Source: Chlorobiota bacterium (GTDB taxonomy: Bacteria; Bacteroidota; Ignavibacteria; Kapaibacteriales; NICIL-2). From it: a stretch of DNA of 64,000 bases. The DNA is taken from NCBI GenBank assembly GCA_044228285.1, contig JBGAVD010000002.1, positions 474,807-538,806 of the forward strand, read 5' to 3'. Made by a program: the position numbers and the translations under genes. This document shows, one piece after another, positions 47,962 through 55,531 of the stretch. The notes under the pieces are model-generated. The model worked only from the letters and a program-made list of their open reading frames with translations. It made no database searches and had not been told where the DNA came from. The stretch's first letter is position 1. Every line of letters begins with the position of its first letter.

Positions 47962-49235
47962 AGACTCAAAAGACTCTCTTCACCAACATCTCTGAGCTGG
48001 TGTGTGTGTCGAAAGATGCTGCGCTGAGAAAGCTTGGAGAGCAGATGAATGATCTCTGTGTGCTCAAGAATGCAGCCATGTTGGTTGATACACACATTCG
48101 TTGGATCGGCGCAAGCAAGGAGAGTCCCACAGTTGTTGACGAACAAACGACTATAGTAGACTGCTCACAACAGTGCATTCTTCCTGGTTTTGTCGATTCA
48201 CATACTCATGTGGTATTTGCTGGCTCACGATCCCACGAGTTTGCTCGCAGATTACAAGGAGTTTCTTATCAGCAGATTGCGAGTGAAGGTGGTGGAATTC
48301 TCTCCACCGTGAAAGCTGTCCGCGAAGCCACAGAAGAGGAGCTGATGCTGCAGGCAAAGACTCTCGTACTAAGCGCTCTGAAGCATGGAACAACTAGTAT
48401 TGAAATTAAGAGTGGGTATGCCCTCAGCGTTGAGGATGAACTAAAGATGCTTCGTGCTATTCGTCGTCTGCGCACCGAGGTACCGTCACACATAAGCGCA
48501 ACCTTTCTCGGTGCTCATGACTTCCCGCCAGAGTACGCACACGATCGCGAAGCCTATGTTGATCTCATCTGCAAAGAGATGATCCCAGCTGTCAGCAGCG
48601 AACAGCTGGCAGATTACTGTGATGCATTCTGTGATGTAGGTTATTATACGGTTGAACAAACTGAACGCATTTTCAGAACAGCTCAAGAACACGGTATGCG
48701 ACTACGTTTGCACGCCGATGAACTCGGCTGTGTTCATGCAGCGGAACTTGCTGCGCGTATGGGTGCCGACTCCGCTGACCACTTGTTATTCGTGAGCGAT
48801 CAAGGGATCAAAGACTTAGCGGCGAGTGGTACAGTAGCCACCTTGCTGCCAGGAACAGCATACACACTACGTCTTCCATATGCACCATCTAAGAAACTCA
48901 TCGAAGCAGGAGCCTGCGTCGCATTAGCAACCGATTGTAATCCCGGCTCGTGTTTCAGCGAGAATATGCAAGGGATATTGTCGCTGGCCTGCTCCAACAT
49001 GCATATGAGCATGGAGCAAGCAATCTCAGCAGCAACCTTGAACGGTGCAGCGGCACTTGGATCTTCATCACTGCGTGGCAGTCTAGAAGTAGGGAAGGAA
49101 GCAGATTTTCTGTTGCTGGATTGTCGATCCTATACCGACATGATCTACCACTTCGGCGTCAACCACGTGGAGCAAGTGTGGATAGGTGGTAAATGTGTGC
49201 ATGATGTTGATGCGGTAGCGACGACCGCGCGTTAA
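47952..49235 (+). CDS. hutI: Imidazolonepropionase (amidohydrolase superfamily)
   Basis: LPGFVDSHTHVVFAGSRSHEFARRLQGVSYQQIASEGGGILSTV, LHADE, ADHL and ATDCNPGS. I chose the ATG at 47952; it overlaps the upstream stop by 10 nt. Confidence 0.88.
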   Translation: MALKTQKTLFTNISELVCVSKDAALRKLGEQMNDLCVLKNAAMLVDTHIRWIGASKESPTVVDEQTTIVDCSQQCILPGFVDSHTHVVFAGSRSHEFARRLQGVSYQQIASEGGGILSTVKAVREATEEELMLQAKTLVLSALKHGTTSIEIKSGYALSVEDELKMLRAIRRLRTEVPSHISATFLGAHDFPPEYAHDREAYVDLICKEMIPAVSSEQLADYCDAFCDVGYYTVEQTERIFRTAQEHGMRLRLHADELGCVHAAELAARMGADSADHLLFVSDQGIKDLAASGTVATLLPGTAYTLRLPYAPSKKLIEAGACVALATDCNPGSCFSENMQGILSLACSNMHMSMEQAISAATLNGAAALGSSSLRGSLEVGKEADFLLLDCRSYTDMIYHFGVNHVEQVWIGGKCVHDVDAVATTAR

Positions 49236-49281
49236 CATTAACGCATGTGCGCCGAAGGCGCTATCTATTGCACGGCGCTGT

Positions 49282-51027
49282 GTAGAGACGCGATTCATCG
49301 CGTCTCCGGTAAAGAATGGTACTGCAATGGTGTGAATGACACGTGCCGGATTACTCCTCACGTATACATGCGTTTGTGAAATGTTCTCAGGTGTATTCTT
49401 TAGTGATGAATGCCTTTCTTGATCTGGTGTGTCACGTAGAGACGCGATTCATCGCGTCTCAGGTAAAGAATGGTAAAGGAATGGTGTGAATTACCTGCGG
49501 TTCATATTCGATCCCACAACTGTATTCTTTTTTCTCAGGTGTGTTCTTTAGTGGAGACGCGATTTATCGCGTCTCTACAAGGTTCGTATTCTTTTTCTTG
49601 TATTCTTTGTGAATGACTTCGGCGCTACTTGATCTCTGTCGCCAGAGCGCGATTCACGTAGAGACGCGATTCATCGCGTCTCATCGGTAAAGAATGGTCT
49701 GGTGTTTAGTGGAGACGCGATGAATCGCGGTCTCTATTCGATCCCACAACTGTATTCGCCTTCGGGTGTGATCTTTAGTGGGAGACGCGATTTATCGTCT
49801 CATTAAAGAATGGAAAAGAGAATGGTGTGAATTCCATGTTCCAAATCGATTCCACAACTGTATTCTTTTTCTCAGGTGTATTCTTTAGTGGAGACGCGAT
49901 GAATCGCGCGATTTGAATGGCGCTGCTTGATCTGATGTGTCAGGTAGAGGCGCGATTCATCGCGTCTCAGGTAAAAATGGTAAAGGAATGGTGTGAATTA
50001 CCCGCGGTTCATATTCGATTCCACAACTGTATTCTTCCTTCTCAAGGTGTATTCTTTAGTTGCGATGAATCGCGTCTCTTCGCTTCAGCGCCTTTGCTGC
50101 ATGGTCTGGTGTGTTTAGTGGAGACGCGATGAATCGCGTCTCTACAAGGAAGGAGCCTTCGGCGCTGCTTGATCTGGTGTGTTAGAGACGCGATTCATCG
50201 CGTCTCAGGTAAAGAATGGAAAAAGGAATGGTGTGAATTACCTGCGGTTCATATTCGCGCTGCGATGATCTGATCGTGCCCTTTGGCGCTGCATGATCGT
50301 AGAGACGCGATTTATCGCGTCTCAGGTTAAGAATGGAAAAGGAATGGTGTGAATTACCCGCGGTTCATATTCGATTCCACAACTGTATTCTTTTTCTCAG
50401 GTGTATTCTTTAGTGGAGACGCGATGAATCGCGTCTCTACAAGGATCGCTTTCTTGGAAGCGCCTTTGGCGCTGCATGATCTGGTGTGTCACGTAGAGAC
50501 GCGATTCATCGCGTCTCAGGTTAAGAATGGAAAAGGAATGGTGTGAATTACCCGCGGTTCATATTCGATTCCACAACTGTATTCTTTTTCTCAGGTGTAT
50601 TCTTTAGTGGAGACGCGATGAATCGCGTCTCTACAAGGATCGCTTGCTTGGAAGCGCCTTTGGCGCTGCATGAGCTGGTGTGTCACTTTAGTGGAGACGC
50701 GATGAATCGCGTCTCTACAAGGATCGCTAGCTTGGAAGCGCCTTCGGCGCTGCTTGATCTGGTGTGTCACGTAGAGACGCGATTCGTCGCGTCTCAGGCA
50801 AAGAATGGAAAAGGAATGGTGTGAATGACACGTATGTCCTTAATCGATCCCACAACTGTGTTCTTTTTCTCAGGTGTATTCTTTATTTGGAGACGCGATT
50901 CATCGCGTCTCTACTGTGCAAGTCATCAGCAGAAATGAAGGAATGTGTTGTGCAACGTATTACATAACCGTGCAATCATGATTACACCCGAATACACAAC
51001 CAGTAGAGACGCGATGCATCGCGTCTC
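49282..51027. repeat. REP/BIME-like array: about 19 GTAG-headed 22-bp palindromes in alternating orientation, organised in ~194-bp higher-order tandem units
   Basis: The core gagacgcgat-NN-atcgcgtctc starts at 49285, 49439, 49554, 49661, 49712, 49782, 49891, 49947, 50062 (truncated), 50121, 50185, 50302, 50416, 50496, 50610, 50694, 50774, 50890 and 51006. The forward form is GTAGAGACGCGATTCATCGCGTCTC. The other form, GAGACGCGATGAATCGCGTCTCTAC, is its exact reverse complement. The 194-bp period is visible at 50302/50496 and 50416/50610. Confidence 0.85.
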
Positions 51028-51030
51028 CAC

Positions 51031-51345
51031 ACGCGACGGCTACCAACGCGACGGACTCAAACGCGACGGATCCCAACACAACGGATCCTAACACAACGGA
51101 TACCTACACGACGGACACCAACACGACGGAAACCAGCACGACAGACACTAACACGACAGACACCAACACGACAGACACTAACACGACGGATACCAACACG
51201 ACGAAAACCAACACCACAGACAACAACGCGACGGACACCAACACGACAGACACCAACGCGACGGACACCAAATCGAAGGACACCCAATCGAAGGTCACCA
51301 TCCCGTCGGATTCCTACGCGACGGACATCAGTTCAAGGGACACCT
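51031..51345. repeat. 15-bp tandem array, 21 units (consensus acacgacggacacca)
   Basis: Units read directly from 51031 (acgcgacggctacca, acgcgacggactcaa, ...). The array ends at the stop codon (51346-51344) of the convergent metallophosphoesterase gene. Confidence 0.85.
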
Positions 51346-52708
51346 AACCCAGCAACGGCCTGCGCTGACGAAGGGTAAACAGACTTATTTCTGGCGGAAC
51401 GCCGATACGCATTGGTGGCCCAATGGTACCGAGGCCGCGGTTCACGTATAGTTGTTGTTCTGTGCTATTGTCTTTGTAGAGACCCGCCCATTGTTTATAA
51501 ACGAACTGTGCGACGCTCAATTCTTGTCCGAGTATCTTCATCCCAACTTGTCCACCATGGGTGTGGCCACTGAGCATGAGGTCAATTGGTCGCTTGCCTC
51601 GCACTTCCTTGTCCCAGAAAGTTGGATCATGTGCTAAAAGGATCGTTGGATGTGCATCGCTTACTCCTATCATGGCAGTGCTGAGATCGCCATAGTTTTG
51701 TCCTAAGCCAGTGTTGTCAATAGCCACAAGTTGGAGCTTATCGGAGTTGACTTGGAATGAGTGGCTCTCGTTGACTAGCAACGTCATCCCGCAGTTGCGA
51801 ATCACTGACTTTAGGAGTTCATGCTCAGCAGGTCTCATGTAGTGATCATGATTGCCTAGCGAAGCGAAGACTCCCATGTCTGCATGTAGCTTCTCTAACT
51901 CTGTTCGAATGACACGTAACTCGTCTGGTTGGAAATTCACGAAGTCGCCTGTGATGACAAGAATGTCAGGCTTTTCCAGGTCGATCAAACGACGTGTTTC
52001 CTGAAAGGCTTTGCTGTCACGCCACGAACCTGCATGAATGTCGGAGATCTGCGCAATACGGATTCCCTCAAATGCCGATGCCAAATGGGGAAGATCTATG
52101 TCCTGTCTGTAAACGGTGATCTCATCTGTAGTATCAACACCTTTGCTCACCATATAGAAGGGAATTGCCGCCATTGACCAAGCGGTTGCTTGCAGCACTT
52201 TACGTCGACCTTCTAATGGTACGACAACACTCTTCGCAGCTGATGCCGTTAATGGGCTGATTGAGCCATTGCTCTCTGATTTATGATTCTGGAGTTCTGC
52301 ACTGGTGTTGGTTACGATCTCTGAATTCTTGAGTTTTGATAGCTCATTTGCAGGCTGTTGTTTGCTAAATACTCGAGCCATCATTCTAAAGAATGCCGCT
52401 ATGAGTCGAATACAGTCCTTGATAACCAGGAAGAGCATGATGGGAATCTTGGGCACATACCAGATGGTTGTGGAGATGAACACAACAAACTGCCAGTTTT
52501 CTAGTTGTGACTGATTGCTCCGCACAAAGTTTACATAGGGAGAAAGCACTGCCATGCTCAATGCTAAAGTCCACGCTATGCGCGAGAGCCATGGACTCCA
52601 ACGCATATTCCGCACAAAGCGCTGCCAAGATGCAATGACGTAGACATCAATGAGTACAAGGACAACGGAAGAGGTGATAACGAACCAAAAAAGACGCTTA
52701 GGATCCAT
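51344..52708 (-). CDS. Membrane-anchored metallophosphoesterase (calcineurin-like)
   Basis: N-terminal 4-TM region, then ISDIHAG, TGDFV, GNHDHY, LAHDP and SGHTHGGQ metallophosphoesterase motifs. Confidence 0.85.
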   Translation of the reverse strand: MDPKRLFWFVITSSVVLVLIDVYVIASWQRFVRNMRWSPWLSRIAWTLALSMAVLSPYVNFVRSNQSQLENWQFVVFISTTIWYVPKIPIMLFLVIKDCIRLIAAFFRMMARVFSKQQPANELSKLKNSEIVTNTSAELQNHKSESNGSISPLTASAAKSVVVPLEGRRKVLQATAWSMAAIPFYMVSKGVDTTDEITVYRQDIDLPHLASAFEGIRIAQISDIHAGSWRDSKAFQETRRLIDLEKPDILVITGDFVNFQPDELRVIRTELEKLHADMGVFASLGNHDHYMRPAEHELLKSVIRNCGMTLLVNESHSFQVNSDKLQLVAIDNTGLGQNYGDLSTAMIGVSDAHPTILLAHDPTFWDKEVRGKRPIDLMLSGHTHGGQVGMKILGQELSVAQFVYKQWAGLYKDNSTEQQLYVNRGLGTIGPPMRIGVPPEISLFTLRQRRPLLG

Positions 52709-52717
52709 ACGACGAAG

Positions 52718-53656
52718 TTATTCCGCAACATTGACGTTTATCTGCTCATCGACATTGTGAGCTGCTATTCGAATAAACAGAGCATTTGCTTCTGCCAAGA
52801 CGACATCAGGCTGCGAAACACGCCGAATTTCGCCCTGAAGGTGGTTTTTACGGCCTTCACGTTTCTCTATCGATGCACTGAGTATGAGCTCTTCGCCAAT
52901 AGGTACAGGGGCTCTGTATCGTACATTGAGCTGCGCTGTAGGAGCTTTGATGCCCATAGCTCCTAGGATTTTTCCCATTGTTTCATCGAGGAGAAGAGCA
53001 ACAAAACCACCATGCATAATCTGTAAGGAGCCCATCAATCGGTTGTCTGCCGTGAACCAGCTGCGAACGCTCTTTTGTTCATCGTCATAGAGAAAACTCA
53101 ATTTCAAACCGTGATCACTATCTCGTCCACAACCCACACAGCTGTTCCCAATGCGAGGGCGCAGTAATCGAAGACTACCCTCGATCTGCAAAGGTTCTAT
53201 GACTTCAATCTGAGGATGTAAAGAGTCTACTTCGTGATACGCAAACCATGGACCCCAGGGATGAATGTTGCGCGCAAGCTCGACGGCTAGGGTCGGTGAA
53301 ATCCGCCCATAAGAACCGACCGGTGCTGCATGATACAGCACACCATTCGCACCAAAACGAAGCTGCATTGGATTGAATGGCACTGAGTGCTGCGGAGCAT
53401 AATGGAGATGTCCGTCAGCAAGTGACTGGAACACGATGGGTGTATCAACTGTGGCAAGGTAGTTCCACTCGGGACCACATTTGGCGTAGAAGCGATAGTC
53501 TGGATACTGATCCGTAGTGTTCTCTTTCAGTGACGAATAGAGTCGCGCTAGAAACGCACTATCGTCCACTATTGCTCCGTCGTGAATAACATTGCCGCGC
53601 GCATCGACCGTATAAAAGTATTCCCGACGAGAAGGGGGCTTCGAAGTATTTTGCAT
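52718..53656 (-). CDS. DUF4505-like N-terminal domain fused to a PaaI/hotdog-fold thioesterase domain
   Basis: N-terminal half: YFYTVDARGNVIHDG...FLARLYSSLKEN...YRFYAKCGPEWNYLATVDTPIVFQSL...VPFNP..L....NGVLYH.AP resembles DUF4505 (UPF0598). C-terminal half: IMHGGFVALLLDETMG is a PaaI-type thioesterase motif. Confidence 0.7.
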   Translation of the reverse strand: MQNTSKPPSRREYFYTVDARGNVIHDGAIVDDSAFLARLYSSLKENTTDQYPDYRFYAKCGPEWNYLATVDTPIVFQSLADGHLHYAPQHSVPFNPMQLRFGANGVLYHAAPVGSYGRISPTLAVELARNIHPWGPWFAYHEVDSLHPQIEVIEPLQIEGSLRLLRPRIGNSCVGCGRDSDHGLKLSFLYDDEQKSVRSWFTADNRLMGSLQIMHGGFVALLLDETMGKILGAMGIKAPTAQLNVRYRAPVPIGEELILSASIEKREGRKNHLQGEIRRVSQPDVVLAEANALFIRIAAHNVDEQINVNVAE

Positions 53657-53689
53657 TGAGCAAATTTACCACCTGTAGTGAAGGGATTC

Positions 53690-54286
53690 ATGAGAATTCT
53701 TGGAGTCGACCCCGGTTCTATTGTCTGCGGATATGGCGTCATCGACGTTGCCCAACCTCACCGTATAGAACTTGTTGAGTATGGGGTGATTGAGGCGAAG
53801 CGACAATTCACCGAGCTTCCTCGCAGGCTTGAGCTAATCTTTCAACGTCTTACTCAAGTCATTGAACGTACCGCACCAGATGAGGCAGCCTTCGAACAAG
53901 TCTTCTATGCCAAGAATGTACAATCACTTCTGAAACTCAGCCACGCCCGAGGCGTGGCAATGGTCGCAACAACCTTGCGACAAATCCCCATCGCAGAATA
54001 TGCGGCCTTGCAGGTAAAGCAATGTGTAACAGGGAAGGGGCGTGCCTCTAAAGAACAAGTGCAGTTTATGGTGCAGAAGATGCTTAAGATCAAAGAAACT
54101 CCCGACTTCTTCGATGCAACGGATGCATTAGCCGTAGCAATCACTCATGCAATGCGTGGAAACAACGCGCTTCCTGCATCTTCATCAGCGCGAAAAACCA
54201 GCTCAGGCCGCTCGGCGAGCTCCTGGGCAGACTTTGTGAAAAACAATCCTGAGAGAGTCGTAAAACCAGGCTCGACAAAGTCGTAA
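53690..54286 (+). CDS. ruvC: Crossover junction endodeoxyribonuclease RuvC
   Basis: MRILGVDPGSIVCGYGVID, AFEQVFYAKNVQS and DATDALAVAITHA are the catalytic acidic residues in context. I prefer the ATG at 53690 over the GTG at 53678. Confidence 0.92.
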   Translation: MRILGVDPGSIVCGYGVIDVAQPHRIELVEYGVIEAKRQFTELPRRLELIFQRLTQVIERTAPDEAAFEQVFYAKNVQSLLKLSHARGVAMVATTLRQIPIAEYAALQVKQCVTGKGRASKEQVQFMVQKMLKIKETPDFFDATDALAVAITHAMRGNNALPASSSARKTSSGRSASSWADFVKNNPERVVKPGSTKS

Positions 54287-54554
54287 TTGCTTCCTAAACG
54301 AATCTCGATAGTATTCAAGTGTCGAACACAGTGCCGGCTCTAGGCTTTTATAGCGGCATTATAGCGACACTTTAGCCTCTGAGAACGCGCTGGAACCTTC
54401 TTCATGAGTCTTTTCTCTATGCATCGACTTCGTCGCTGCTTATCCTCCTTTCGTTGCTTTACATGGTCTGTAGGCTTGTTGAACAGGAATAAAGGGGGAC
54501 GTATGAAAAAGATCAAGTGTGCGACGACGAGTTTTCAGTAATAGGGTGAAAAAA

Positions 54555-54587
54555 AAGCCGTTTGGATCTATTGATTCCAAACGGCTT
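54555..54587 (-). terminator. Intrinsic terminator after nuoK
   Basis: aagccgtttgga (54555-54566) pairs with tccaaacggctt (54576-54587). On the minus strand the hairpin is followed by a U8 run (plus-strand A-run 54549-54556). It lies 25 nt downstream of the nuoK stop. Confidence 0.7.
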
Positions 54588-54611
54588 TTGAGATTCTAGA
54601 ATGTTCTTTCC

Positions 54612-54926
54612 TTACCACTTCATCACGTTTACCTGATCGACGTAGATGGTCCGCTTGATGCGGAACAGGGCTAATACGATTGCCAATCCAACTGCTGCTT
54701 CAGCAGCAGCTACCGCCATGATGAAGAACACGAAGATTTGTCCTGCACTGTCACCCAAGTACTGTGCAAAGCTCACGAACGAGAGGTTCACTGCGTTGAG
54801 CATAAGCTCAATCGACATAAAAATGATGATCGCATTTCGACGTGTAACAACGCCAATCACACCGAGTGTGAAGAGCAAGCCGGAGAGCGATAAATACCAT
54901 TCAATGGGAACTGTTTGCAGATTCAT
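54612..54926 (-). CDS. nuoK: NADH-quinone oxidoreductase subunit K
   Basis: 104 aa with 3 TM helices. [41 protein letters not shown]...[17 protein letters not shown] is canonical NuoK. Confidence 0.92.
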   Translation of the reverse strand: MNLQTVPIEWYLSLSGLLFTLGVIGVVTRRNAIIIFMSIELMLNAVNLSFVSFAQYLGDSAGQIFVFFIMAVAAAEAAVGLAIVLALFRIKRTIYVDQVNVMKW

Positions 54927-54970
54927 GGGCTGTGTAATCGTAATGAAGATGCACCAAAAAACAAAAGCGA

Positions 54971-55480
54971 TTAGTCGACGTGGCGTTTTGCTAAGATCAC
55001 CGCACCTATGAGTGCAGTAAGAAGCAACAGCGAAATGATTTCAAATGGGAAAAGGTACTGTCCGAAGAGAACGGTTCCAATGTTCTCGGTTGTTCCAAGT
55101 GTCAATGCCTGAGGCGAAAGCGCTGGGTAATTTGTAGGGCGCGACATGAAAACTGTTGCCAGCGTAAGGACAAACGCAGCGGAAAAGGTGACACCTAAGG
55201 CTTTGGTCAAGCTGAACTTCTCATGGGCTCGTTCTTCTTTTCCAACATTCAGAAGCATGATAACGAAAACAACTAATACCATGATTGCCCCGGCGTAGAC
55301 CAAAATCTGTACAATAGCTACGAACTGTGCTTGGAGTGTTAAGTACAGACCAGAAAGCATAAAGAAGTGTGCAACCAAATTCATGGCCGCTGAAACCGGA
55401 TTGCGACGCGTTATGGTGCCAATAGCAGTTGCAATGGCTCCAATGCCGAGAAGCATGAATAACAAAACCTGAGTTGACAT
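54971..55480 (-). CDS. nuoJ: NADH-quinone oxidoreductase subunit J
   Basis: [71 protein letters not shown] is canonical NuoJ. Confidence 0.9.
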   Translation of the reverse strand: MSTQVLLFMLLGIGAIATAIGTITRRNPVSAAMNLVAHFFMLSGLYLTLQAQFVAIVQILVYAGAIMVLVVFVIMLLNVGKEERAHEKFSLTKALGVTFSAAFVLTLATVFMSRPTNYPALSPQALTLGTTENIGTVLFGQYLFPFEIISLLLLTALIGAVILAKRHVD

Positions 55481-55531
55481 AGTTGCTATACTGAAGTGAT
55501 TTCCCCTGCGAATATAGGAAAAAAGCCCGGC

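Noticed and set aside
49282-51027. CRISPR array interpretation of the regularly spaced palindromes
   Set aside because: The intervening 'spacers' are themselves repeated (two alternating linker types). The palindromes alternate in orientation, the spacing is 58-95 bp, and no cas genes are present. It is a tandem higher-order repeat, not a CRISPR.
49285-51027. Each palindrome contains two outward-facing BsmBI/Esp3I sites (GAGACG...CGTCTC), reminiscent of Golden Gate cloning cassettes
   Set aside because: The ~19 copies show natural point variation, indels and truncations and sit in genomic context. The restriction-site content is a by-product of the palindrome sequence.
49917-51301. ORFs inside the REP field and the 15-bp array (49917-50132, 50349-50546, 50543-50824, 50764-50967, 51057-51287, 51104-51301)
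   Set aside because: They are near-identical copies generated by the 194-bp and 15-bp periodicities (e.g. MNYPRFIFDSTTVFFFSGVFFSGDAMNRVSTR... occurs twice). This is not protein-like, and they overlap one another.
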